The notes under the pieces were generated by a model. It was given only the letters and a program-made list of their open reading frames with translations. It was not told the DNA's origin and made no database searches. Shown in pieces: positions 32,687 through 45,400 of a stretch of 64,000 bases of DNA. The position numbers and the translations under genes are program-made. Position 1 is the first letter of the stretch. Every line of letters begins with the position of its first letter. Source of the stretch: Oikopleura dioica (lineage: Eukaryota > Animalia > Chordata); assembly GCA_907165135.1 (NCBI GenBank), contig OU015568.1, positions 10,540,001 through 10,604,000 of the forward strand, given 5' to 3'.

Positions 32687-33967
32687 ATGTCGGGCTACAG
32701 AGGAAGAGGTCGCGGCAACCGCCGGACAGGAGGAATGTCGATTAGAGGACGCGGTCGAGGATTCGGAGGAGTCAATGTCTGCCAGCATTACCTTAATGGG
32801 TCATGTAATTTTGGTACGAGATGTCGGAACTACCATCCTCCGACCTACTCTCCACCCAGTTTAGGCGATTCGCGTGAGTCGATTCCTGCGACAATTGCGA
32901 CGGCGAACCACCCGGAAACGGCTGGACCCACACCAAGAGTCGGAACTGGTCGTGGATCGGGTCGTGGTAGAGCTCTATGGAGAGGTGGACCCATCCAATA
33001 TAGTGCATCTGTTCGTGGAAATTCTCGTGGTCGTGGGAATCTTATTCCCCGACCAAGTGGAAATGCCTCAAATTCAAATCCAACTGTAGCGGTCAATCGG
33101 ATCCCAGATGATGCTTTAAACACGCGGGCCGTTCCTCCAGATGAACTCAGTGATGACGATGACTTTCTTGAGGATGGAGAAATTGATGACGAATCAGACA
33201 TCAGCGTCGATTACAAGTTTGCATGATAAATATTTTCAAGATCGCCTCACTTTCATATTTAGTGATCTACACGTAGATGAGGCACAGGATTTCGAAGACT
33301 ATTTCTACTTGCCTGGCGATTTTAGTGATAACAGTGACAGATTTTCCGGATTTGGAGAAGAAATATTATATAACGATGTAAGAATTTTAGAAACCTCGAA
33401 GTTGACGTGTTCCATATTTAATGATAAGATTCATTTCTTTATTCAGGGAGATGATATTTTGGAAAATCCTTTCGAAACCATCATGGGTCGTGCTTTCGGT
33501 CGAGCAAATCGTCAGCCGGCTGCTCCTAATAATGCTCCTGCAGCGGCAAATGGAGCGCTTACTGCAAATGGTAAGTGTTAATACTCCTCGTTGATTTCAT
33601 TGCTTCAATAGATGTACAATCCTTCGCTACTCGTGTGACTCAGTCAATGCAGTCAAAGGATGAACAGATCAAGGAGCTGAAAGAAGAGGTGGATCGCCTC
33701 AAAGAAATTATCGAGGGCACTGACGAAAGCAAGAAGGACGGTCGTCTCTGCACTCTAAAATGCGGAGTTTGCCTCGACATCAAGAAAGCCACAGAGGTAT
33801 TTACATTTAATGCGATATTTTCCTACCCTTCTGTCAAGTTCTCGGTGAATACTCCTTGTGGACACTGTTTCTGCAAGACCTGCAACGCCTCCCTCAAGGG
33901 AAACCGAGATTTCAAATGTCCAAAATGCCGAGCGAGAGTGCAGCGACAGACCGACATTTTCGTTTGA
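32687..33967 (+). CDS. RGG-rich CCCH zinc finger - coiled coil - RING protein
   Basis: RGRG repeats; CQHYLNGSCNFGTRCRNYH (C-x7-C-x5-C-x3-H); acidic tract; coiled coil; C3HC4 RING CGVC...CGHCFCKTC...CPKC. Five exons, canonical introns; catag acceptor 1 nt before ATG. Confidence 0.88.
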
Positions 33968-36889
33968 TCCCCTGCTCCAACTTCACATTTTTCATCACTC
34001 ACAATATTTTCCGCGCGTCCATCTTTTTGTATTCTAACGGACAAAAAATCATTGAAACAAGTGTATGAAGCATCGATTTTCCCTCAACAAGTTTTATTTT
34101 CTGAAACTTCACACAAAGATGCCTTCTATTTTTTACCCAGTGTTAACTGCCAAATAAACCACAAAAATAAAAATTCGAACTCTTTTTCATCTCGATGAGG
34201 CGATACTAGTTATTCTCTTCTGTAGGTCGATTCTAAAATTTACCGAAAACAAATTGCGAGGAAATGAGATAAGACAACTTTCGGCAGAGGGCATTTATTA
34301 TCACTCCGATATTCGTTTTTGATAAGTTCATCGGGTGCTCAAAACGGATTGCCGGGTACTTATCGGTCAAATCCGTAAACAGCGGGAGATATAGAAACAC
34401 GGAAAACACGCTTTCCATAGTCAGATACCGATTACGCCGATATTGAGCGCTTATCAGCGGAACACTTCCACCGGTTATCGCTACTTTGAGTACAATGCTT
34501 GGCCCAGCAGAAGCGCCACCGCCGAGGCACTGTTTCCGCAACACCGCAGGAGCTTATCACCGACAGATATCGAAGTACCTCCCATTGTCGGTGCACCTGA
34601 CAAGTTGAGTACACTTGCGGTTCAGAACTTTTTCCAAAACAGGAGATTTTTCCATATGAAATTCATTTATAAGTTATCTTCTGGAAATCGTGTTTTTCAA
34701 AATAATTAAGAGAAACAAAGGGGACTCATTGCATGATCCCAGTTTTAATAAATACTAGTACTCATTTAATATGGAGAGCAGACAAACAACGCCGTGCCGG
34801 GAATTCTTTTATTATTTTATCAAATACATTAAACAGTTTTTCAAAAATTATCAACATGGAATGCAAGAGTAAAAATAAAAAAAAACAGGAACGAAAAGTA
34901 CTTCAAAGTCGTTTTCCTCTCACAAAGTCTTTATGCAAATGATCGCGATAATAGTGCTTCCTTTTCCTAAAATGTATTCTGCGTTGTGCATTCCAGTGCC
35001 CTATCAGTAGGGCTCGCTGCATGTCGCCGGGGTTGTTATCAGCTGCGCGTATCTATCTTGCCACTTGTGTTGCCATTTCCGGTACTCCTCGTCTGCGCGT
35101 TTCTTCTTTTTCGACACCAGGTGGAGTTAACACGAAGAGTGAGGAAGTAAAATATATGGAAATGCTAAGAAATGTAAATGGGGATCTCGATGGCACCGAT
35201 AGTCCGGAGGAGGAGACCCTGCCGGTGGACGTCGAGACCTTCGACAGCGTTATCGCCGCGTTATCAGTGACTGTGCGGCCGGGAGCGCCCGCTGCGACAA
35301 TTATTCGGAGGAACAGGGCACTTAGATCACTTTGTTGAGAAATATACTGCCGCCTATACACTGGAGTTATCATAATTTCTTTTGATCTCCGGGCATCGAC
35401 CGACAACTTGGCAACTTCGGATTCCTGAAAAATGGTACTCAACTGATTCATTATCAGGCGATAAGCATTCGAGCAACGCTTCAAAGTGGCAATCTTCCTT
35501 CCAATGAAACTACTATTAACTTTTTATGGCGCTATATATTTATACACATACTTGTTTCGTGTGTGGCGAATCAGAAAAAAACGTTTACCGTCGAAAAATG
35601 CTTCGGAATGTGGGAAGACAGCTGTGCTTGATGAATTCTTCCGGCTACTGGTAATTGATTTTCTCAACCAAATCAGCAGCGATAGGCGGGCTAGGCGACG
35701 AAAGAATATAGAAGATCCCACGAATCGTGGTACAACACATTTGTTAATCGTCAAATCGGTATCACTAAATCAGGGTTCTAAAAAGAATGAATTGTGCTGA
35801 AGACGCTCAAAATGCACGTTAATTGCCTTTCTTGGTGATTCCACCGGGGGTTTTCTGTTAATGGTTTCCTTTCGGAAGACAATATCCTTCCGCGTGCGGC
35901 GATAAAATATATCTTCAATCGTTGCGCTCATCGACATTAGTTCCTTCCTGGCTTTTCTGAAGCCTAATCGTTGAGCTATGAGACTGAATTTCTAAACAGC
36001 TATATTTTTGAGAAACCGCGATGGTTTTAATATTTCCGGGAAAGGAGCGGATCGAAAACGAAGAAGCTTTGTAAGATAATGCAGCCTGCGTAGAAAGGCA
36101 AAGAGAATAGAGCGGCTCTAGCGCTGGGCTAATAGCTTGGCTTAGCATCGCAAGTATCCCCCCGGATAGGTCGGGGGATACTATAATCCGGGCGGCGCTC
36201 GGTGGTGGTGGCGCCTTTCACCAGACACTGCGGCGGGCCATTCTGACGGCTGGTCGTGATTAACAGGTGCCTTTTGTTGCGACCTGCTAAGTCGGACTTC
36301 CTTGCTGATACTTCTAGAACAAGAACATTCGATTCCGATTGACATCCGCCGGGTTGTGCCAGAGAGACACCGATAGACAAGAGAGATAGAGAAACAAGGC
36401 AATTTACGCCGCAGTGCGTTTTACCGAGGAATAGCGCTAAACATCCTGAAGACACGAAGCACGGAAGACCGCCATTATAAAAAAGAGAGACTCAACAGAA
36501 TTCACTGAGATGGAATTGATGCCTTTTAAAAATCTACTGGGGCTACCACCTGTTTCTGGAATCAACTCGATAGCAAATGAGTACTCAAAAGGTTTGCATA
36601 CAATAGCATATTATGTTATACAGTTTTAATTTCAGTTTGCTTTCCCAATATTGTAATTAATTAATTTTGCCTACCGGAGCTTTTTTCTCTAGATTCTGGT
36701 GGTGCATCACCTCGCTAAACTGGGGCTTTCAGCGGCCTCAGCAAGCAGCGTAACTCGAGCAACCGGAATGGCTTTTGAGATTAACACCTCTGTGAGCCAT
36801 TTTGAAAATTGGCGGAGGCTTTCTCCATTCTGCAGTTGGTGTTAGTGCCAGGGTCAATTTGCTCTGACTAGGCTCAAGTGAGAAGTGAA

Positions 36890-38690
36890 ATGGAATACCC
36901 AAGCAGGAACAGAGGTTCCGTCGGATTTAACACCTCCACCGGCAGCACGCGCAGCCGAGCTAAGCCCCGCATAGAGCACCGACCGGTGTCGAATGTATTT
37001 CTCACACCCTGAAAAGCCCCGTCAAAGCCACCCGAGCGCTATTACTGCTTTTCCGCCATTACCTTTTTTCGCACTTTACCCGTTCCGCAATTTTGGGATC
37101 ATCAACGACAATTGATTTCCACCTAACTTCGGAACATCAAATGCTGTTTTATTCGTGCTAAGAAAAGACTCAAGGATTTTTTAGTAAAATTTGTTGGCTT
37201 AGATACAGAAATGCATAAATTTTTAAGCGGGAAAGCAATTTCCTCAATTTCAAGCGCTAATCAGTCATGTTTAGTCGGCAGCTTCGACGTGAACATCACA
37301 CTCTGGCAATTTCTACTTGAGCTGCTCATGGATCATAAAAATTCCAGTCATCTGATTTCCTGGACGTCAAAAGGTAAAATGGAAAACTTTTCAAATTCAA
37401 TACTTACGGTTGAGTAGAAGGAGAATTCAAGCTTCACCGCTCGGAAGAAGTGGCTCGATTATGGGGAATGCGCAAAAACAAGACAAACATGAATTACGAC
37501 AAGCTTTCCCGAGCACTACGTTACTATTATGATAAGGTGCGATAATGACAAGCCAGGCCAAAAGGGCAGATAAATTGTTATAAAAGCTTTATCTCATTCA
37601 AAATTTTAAGAACATCATCAAGAAAGTCAACGGGCAGAAGTTTGTCTACAAATTCGTTCAATTTCCAGAGCACTTTGATACAGCAGAAATAAAAATCACC
37701 AACTCGCCGTCAGTTTCATCAACGGAGGCTACTCCACCATCAGTTTCAACGTCGCCTAAACCAACTATCAACCCTCGAAAACGACGAATATTCGGTAAAT
37801 ATTTGAAAACATACGATAATAAAATATCATTTGATTAAAAAATAATTTATTTTTTAGATGAACCGTCAACACCACCACCCTCTTCGCATCGAGCCAATTC
37901 CTTAGCTGCTCTTCTTTCTGAATCTATTGCTGCTCAAAACTCAGCGGCCATCGCCGCGGCTTCACTCGCTGCAGCATCCGCAAATTTAGGAGCCTGTCCA
38001 GCTTCTACTCCGAATTTCGGCACTCCTGGTATGATCGTTGATAGCCACTTTCAATTTACTTCTCTTATCAGCCCCTGCTGCTCCAGGATTTAAGCTGGGC
38101 GGTGACGGAGCAGCCCGCGCCGCTTTCCATCCGGCCAAGGCGATCTCTCCTTCCCACACTGGCCCACCACCCATGCCGAGCCTCTTATCACCCCTCTTCC
38201 CGAATTTCAATCAGATCGCCACTTATCAGTATCTCCTGTTGCAGCAACAAGGTCTTACGCGGAATATCTTCTCACTGCCGCCACTACGCCCAACTTTTCC
38301 TATTCCGAGCTCGACGCCAAAGGTAACATTACCAAGCATGCTATCCATTGTTACACCGACTGGAGCTCCTTCCACACCAACAGGGTAAAAAATCAATTTC
38401 TTATACTTTCCCCTAATCCTCAATTTGAAGCGTGCCCTCTGAGACAGGTGCAACTGAGTGCTGCGTGACCGTCGTTGATGATGATTCCAACAGGTAAACC
38501 TCGTCTTCCTCTTTTCAAGATTTATAATTTCCGATTTTAAAGTGACGAGTCGCCACTACCATCAAAAATCAGGCGCATCGAGGACAAATCACCAACTGCT
38601 CCATCCTCTCCCAAGAAGATTGAACAGGAGACAAATGAGGAGCAGCCACTAGATTTGACAAAAAAGACTTCAAAAGTTTCAGACGAGTAA
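36890..38690 (+). CDS. Elk: ETS transcription factor, Elk/TCF subfamily
   Basis: [11 protein letters not shown]...[14 protein letters not shown]...[51 protein letters not shown]; C-terminal PLDLT. Start uncertain (36890, or in-frame ATG at 37211). Confidence 0.92.
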
Positions 38691-39206
38691 AATTGTTCAA
38701 TGAACTTGAAAGGAGGATAATATGTACACAAAATATTTCTATTTCTTCACTTGATGTCATAATAAAGTTCACAGCACTTTTTGAATTCGACTAAGTCCGT
38801 GTATGAGAAAACTGGCTATATCTTGGAATTATGATATCTTTCATGGATGAGCGCAGCGATGTTTTCTTTGATCCTAAAACACGTATGAGGAAGTGGAAAG
38901 AGTTTCATATCAATAAAAAGTGGAGATTGTCCTGTCTCATACAGTATGAGACTTTTAATTTACTTTGATGTCAGAATACTTGTGTTATGATTTTAGAGAG
39001 CAACAAAAGCTGTCGCCAAAAAGTGTGCTTTTTTGGAATCATAAACTCTAAGTTTACAAAGTATCTCGTGACTAAGCCCAATTAGGGCACCAGATTGATG
39101 AGTTCTGACCGTTCTCGGTATTTACGACCCGAGACCTACGATGGTCTAGGTTGGTGCCAGACACTCTCGACTACATTCCTTTGATTTTAAAGAGATTTCT
39201 AAGAAA

Positions 39207-40114
39207 ATGGCGAAAACGGCAAATGCGGAGAAACACTCGGGCATTCTTGCTTTGTTGATTTTAGGATTGGTTAAGCTTATGAGATTGAAATATATAAAAA
39301 TATTAAAACTAAAAGCTCATAAACCTCATCAAGTTATTATTTTTACTGGTTACGGCCTTGGCTGGTCAATTTGGAGAGCGATTGAAGGAAACGTTCTAAT
39401 TGACATTTAAAAGTGTGATTTTTACTCGAATATATAATTCATTGATGTCATAAAACGTTGATGTTAGAATCAATGCATGTTCCTACTTGGCTCGTTTTTT
39501 ACTACCTCGCGTTATTCGCTGTGATCCTTCTTCATGGCTTTTTCGGAATTGTTGCTTGGGTGGTAGGTTATTAATTTATGACATAATAATAAATTTTTTG
39601 TCAAACTCACGAAATATAAAAAAAATTGTTTAGACGAAATCCGTGAGAATGTACCTTGCTGTTTGCTTTATCTCAGATTGGAGCTCACTTATGCTTTTAT
39701 ACTTTTAACCTAGAATATTTCTCATGCAAACAGAATAGCTCCTTGGAAGTCTTCCTTGCTATCGCGGCATTCATTAGCGCTGGACTTGGAATTTGGATCT
39801 GCCTCAAAGTATTTGAAGTTGCTGCCACAGAAGAACTAATAAAACCGTTCACGCTCTCAGGAATGTTTTTAAAAATATAAACTTTATGATCTGACTTTTT
39901 AAGAATTAAGATCTCTATAAATTTCTATTCAATAAGGTTCATACGAATTCTCAATTTTCTCATCATTTCTGAAACACATAAAGTTACTATCGATTCGTTT
40001 GTTGTTGGATTCTTACTCTTGCTCCTTGGATACATGAGCTTTTTCACCCCTAGGCGCGCATGCATGGTTGTTTGTCAAGACTCCTGCTACGAGACTACTG
40101 CTGAAGAAAATTGA
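39207..40114 (+). CDS. Small multi-pass membrane protein, unidentified
   Basis: Short exons each encoding hydrophobic segments (WLVFYYLALFAVILLHGFFGIVAWVV; VFLAIAAFISAGLGIWICL; FVVGFLLLLLGYMSFF); exact splice sites uncertain. Confidence 0.5.
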
Positions 40115-40830
40115 AATATTTTGTACTAACTTTCCACTAATGAATGCCAATAACTTTCAATAAATACAAACTTTTAAATGTTTTTCTGTGAGCGTAGAGA
40201 AGCAGGCCGGTTAGATTGTCAATGTTCCCTGCATTATTGCTTTTTGTAACTTCCAATAACTTTGATATTGATTTTTGAAGCTGAAATTTTCCCCGTGAAA
40301 GCCTAAAAAGACTTCTATTTATTAACTGATCGAGGGAAATCAAGATAGAAACTCAAAGTTTCTAGACGAACACGTAGCACGTATGTTTTCATGCAGATTG
40401 GTAGCTCATTCTATAAGAGTTTAATTCTTCGAACACATGACTTACTTTGATTTCAATTGAAATGAGGGCTTATTAAAGTTGACTTGAGCAAATTTTACCG
40501 CTTAGGTCACTAATATAAGCTCTTACTTTAATGATTCTCGACGACTTAAACTTTTCGAAAATCGGACATGAATTGTGATCCTGAGCCGATATTTGCCAGT
40601 GACAAAAAATCATGAAGGCATTAGCAAATACAGCGGGATAAACAAGAAATGATCATACTCCACTAGTTGTTTTTATTACTGACATTTATTCAATAATGGA
40701 ATCAAGGAGAAGAATGAATTAATATACAGAAAATGTAGCAGTTCGATGGCAGTAAAATGATGAAAAATGATCTTGGGAAAAGTCATTCAGTTAATTATGG
40801 GAGAATAGAAATAGATACATGATAAGGTGC

Positions 40831-42467
40831 TCAGAGGGCTTGGAATTTCCACTGGCTTTCTTGGGCCTGGTGCTGCTGTTGTTGCTGAAGCTGCGCCATG
40901 TATTGAGCGTAATACTGTTGGTACATCACAGAGTCGTAGTAAGAGCTGAAATAGTTTGTTAGAATCTGGTTCAATGAATACTAAAGAAAGTAAAGTCTCA
41001 ATTAAGTTTGACTCATTCTTACCTTGTTTGTTGTTGAGTAGTGGTAGTTTCGCCGTTAAAAGCTGGCTGAGTAGTTTGTTGCTGGTTTTGAGAAGAGGAA
41101 GTTGGAGAGGACCAAGTCTAAATTTAAGCTTGAGAAAGTGTTCGCTAATTGTTGATAAGGCCTCGATAGTGGTAAATACACAAACTTCCGGGGACCTAGT
41201 TCCGTAATCGTGGGAGAAAATTGGAGCTACTGTATGTGTATATTTAACGCTCGACTTGAGCCCGACCTACTTTATAGGCTAAGTGTATTTACTGTTTCTA
41301 AATTTACCTGTAAGTTTTCAGTGGTGTTGTTTTCTTCAGCTTTAGGAGAGGAAGTGGTGAGTGGAGTCAAGTCATCAGAAGCATTGTCAGATGACTGGTC
41401 AAGTTTTGGCTGCTCGACTGGAGTGAACTCTCCGATAGAGCTCAAATCAGCTTGCTGTTCCTCTTGTTTGATGCCATATTCGACTTGGACCTTGTCTGGG
41501 GAGTTGATCGCCTCTTCAATGAGATTCTCAGCAGTGTTGATGCTCTTGCCAGAATCGAGAGTGTCATAACCAGACGAATTTGGTGACTGGCTGGAGTTTG
41601 GTGATGATCGGAGGTTGAGATCAACTTCATCTGGAGTAGCGGGCTTTTCAGAATCGGCGTCCGATTTGTCGGATTCTTTCTCGACGCTTGTGTTAGACGG
41701 AGTGTTTTTGGGAGATTTCTGCTGCTGTCGGAACTTGGCACGTCGGTTCTTGAACCAAACCTGGACTCGCGATTCTGGAAGACCAATCTTGAGAGCCATC
41801 TCTTCACGCATGAAGATGTCTGGATATTTTGTCTTTTCGAAGAGTTCTTCGAGAAGTTCCAACTGGGCTCGAGTGAATGTTGTTCGTTCTCGTCGTTGTT
41901 TTCGAGGTCCAGCGCCTGAAATGAAAGTTAATGCATTTGTTCGACAAAAAAGTTAAACCCATCCCACATGTGGTTATCCGTTGGTGCGTTGTTTAGAACA
42001 GAATAGGCACGTGGCCGGATCGAAGTCTTAATCCCCTTCATGATAACCCCTGTCGCGGTGTGGGAGGGGCATTTGATCAAGCCGCTTCCGGACGAGTGAA
42101 TTACACAGTACTTTCTTATTCCCCCTCTCTATACAAACTATTTTATAGATAAACACTTACCGTAGCCAGTAGATGCTGGGTTGCCATAGAGGCCAGTGAG
42201 GCCAGTGTTAGCATATTGTCCGGCGTAAGCCATTTGCTGCTGTTGGTAGAGGGCTTGTTGCTGGATCGGAGTCAGACCCTTGGTGAGTTGCTGGGCAAAA
42301 GCGTAGTAAGAGTGAGGATCGCCTGAATAAATCGAGTTAGTGTTGCCAAAAAATTAATGAAAAAATCTTCAAGGCCTTCGATAGAAAGAGCATTTACCTG
42401 GGTAAGGAACTCGAGATGATCCAGTAGCGGTGGAAGTAGGAGTCGAAGCGTTTTGGAAGAAGTTCAT
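40831..42467 (-). CDS. Otx: Otx homeobox protein, compact paralog
   Basis: [61 protein letters not shown] (K50); TWSSP motif; C-terminal WKFQAL*; five exons. Confidence 0.96.
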
Positions 42468-45400
42468 TTTCAGTCTCTAGTTTGAAGGATTTTTAGTATA
42501 AGAAAAGTTTTTTGGGTGTGTTTTTTTGTTGCTGTGCTAAGACAATTTCAGAATGATATGAGATTCCTGCGAGCTGAGAAGTTTTATCGGTGATTAGTGG
42601 CCCTCTAGCCGTCGATGTGGCGCTGTTCGGACCGCGCGCTTGCGCCGCTTCTCCTGTTTCTGTTCCGGTCTCGGGACGATTTCGGCCAGGCCAGCGCCGG
42701 ATTAGCGATTGACAATGATGATAAGGGAAAAGTTCTCAAGGATTGAGCTCTCGAATTTCGATCTTCACGGTGGATTTGGAATTATGTTACGACTTATCCC
42801 ATTGGTGATGTTTTTCAATTCAGGGTCTTCATTTTCATTTTTAAATTTTCAAACAGTTGTTTAGATATCAGTAGAAAATAATTTTTGGTAAATTTTTAGT
42901 TTTAAATCAAGCGTTTATTACGTTAATATCTCGTTCCACTTTTTCCACGTGACTGTAATTTTTCGCCAAACATTGACTCTCGCGTATTCCTATCACCCAC
43001 AGAGCTGTTCATTATCGCGGTGGGGGATTCGTACGATTGGCTCTTGACCGTAATTCCGGAGTCGAAGCTCTGCAGGAGACCCTTTTCCCGAGGACTTAAC
43101 CTGCTACTGTAAAATGCAAAATTGAACAGGACTTGGGAAAATGCTACAAGTTTAATGAATAAACAGTAGTTCAGGCTGGGCGGCGCTGACCTAAATAGGA
43201 ACAAGGTCAGGGAGAAGTTACCTGCACCTGTAAAATGCAAGTTTAGCGCTGAGGTGAGAATGTTGAGCTTTCTCAGAGATTTGTTCTGTTTATCGTAAAA
43301 TACAAGACTTCTCTCAGAATCACTTCGAATACGAGTATTCCTCCATATTCCCACAGAAATCATTTTTCGTCTTCTGTGGAACTCTGGCAACTCTTGCTAG
43401 TGCAAATCTCGGCCTGAAGCTTCATCAGACCGGTATAATTCTTGTATATTTCACGCGTACGCTTTACTCCTCTTTGAAAGCGAAGTAAGACTCCGTTCTG
43501 AATAATTATCCTCCGCATGCCTACAGAACTCTCACTGTGCCTTGATCAAAAGCGCTGCCGCGTGATCAGCGGAACGGTACCCCCGCGCATGTGCCTTTTT
43601 GAAAGGGCCGCCGCAGCTTTCATTGCGCCTATCACAGGTTCACAAAGCCAAATACACATGTTTTCCGTTTCCGAGAAACTTCAAGGGTAGACTTGACCGT
43701 GGCCACGTGATTACAGGATCCGTTTATTGTCTTTGTGGCCAAGTGATCAAGAAATGTTAGCAAAGGGATAAAAAGGCGCAAATCTTATCAGAAAAGAGCG
43801 TGTTTGGAATAATACTTCATTTAGGGGAATTTCCAGGTTGGACAAACGAGTCGATAATGATAATACTGAGATTGGATTAGGGACTTTCAGTATGGATCCC
43901 CAGGAAGGACCCCTACGGCGAGCCAGTGGCTCCGGATAATGAAAAAGGTCCAATAATTCCCAGGCTCAAAATATTGATCTCATTATTTTTCGTAACTATG
44001 CTTGGACAGACATTCCCTAGAATTTCCTGCTGCGTGAATCGAACATTGTGTCACAATGATTGTGCTAATAAAGATTTTTTGGGCAGACGAAGGCCCAAGT
44101 GGTTAAAAACCGCGACTTAGGTCGGATTAAGTACCATTACAAATAATATTTCTGATGCCAAAACAGCTCACTTCCATTAAGCACTAATTGGACCATGGCA
44201 AAATCATCCCCCCATTTCGCCCTAAGTGGGTAACCACAGTTAGCCTTAATCACGTGACCCTTCTATTCCCAGCCATGAGCGCGAAAATGAAACAGCTGTG
44301 AAAATTTTGCTAAAACAAAACTTCTGAATTGTCGAGTATTGTCTTGTTCTGGGTTGAGGAGAAGGGATCAGGAGATTTTTGAAAGACTGTGGAGAGTTTT
44401 ATTGACCTAATTACCACCAAGTTAAACATTGAAATCATAGAAGAGTACGGCCGTAATAGGCCGTTCCGGTTATTTCGCGGGGCCTTGTTTGAAGATCACA
44501 TAAGAAAAAGTGACTTTTACATGAGGCCAGAGGAGAATAATTAGTCAGAACGGATCCTCCGCCATTTCATAAACAATATCAAAGGCAGGGAATTGCATCT
44601 GATGCAGGTGCGATCAGAGCCAGAGCAAAAATTCTAGGTGATCTTTTAAAAAATGGCTTGACTGAAAAGAAAAGCTTCAAGCATTGTCAAATTTCGAATA
44701 CTCTTTACAGAGGATTCATAGCTCCAAGCATAGATTTTTCCTGGCTCACTTTTAGTGTGAAAAGTAAGCCACTTCCGGATTCGCTAATTAACTCCTTCCT
44801 TCTGTTTACCTCTTGTGAACAAGCCCCGTGCTAGGATTATTTCTTCCCGCTTTTGGGGATTATTTCTGGTTGAGCTCGATATAACTCGCCGCTTCTACTT
44901 TGAGCCGGGCTTAGTTCTGACCCGCTGAAAAATGTACAGTCTTTTCGGGCGGCGTTATGGATAGCGCACTAATCCCTGCTTTTCCTTGCATTTGAGGCGG
45001 TTTTATGCTCCCCTGAACTCTATGGGCACTTCCCATGATAGCTTCTTTGATTTTTGAAATAGATCCTAAAACAGAAAATATTTTTGAAAACGTCAGAAAC
45101 CCAAATTTCATCTATCCTTCATTTTCTGGCAATTCTTGGTCGCTTTCTTTGATAATACTGTAACATCTACACCTGCAGCTCAAATTTCATATCAGTTTCA
45201 CGAAACTCTTATCCCCGTGAAATTTTACACTAGAAAATTTTTAGAAATCTTGATAAAAACGACTTTCTGGGCTAAAGCGTTGAAAATTCATCATTGGAGA
45301 ATTCTTGAGCGATTGCAATCGGACCCTAATGCGCCTAAACAAGAGAGTAAACAGTGGCGAACTGTGTTGTAAAATTGTACTCGATGGCCACTCTGCTGTG

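Noticed and set aside
36985-37280. Possible third shifted donor (AAT G|TATTT) in Elk
   Set aside because: The upstream exon has no homology support and an in-frame ATG at 37211 needs no intron; not counted as evidence.
43100-43240. 13-bp direct repeat CTGTAAAATGCAA, 121 bp apart
   Set aside because: Only two copies with degenerate flanks; likely an old local duplication.
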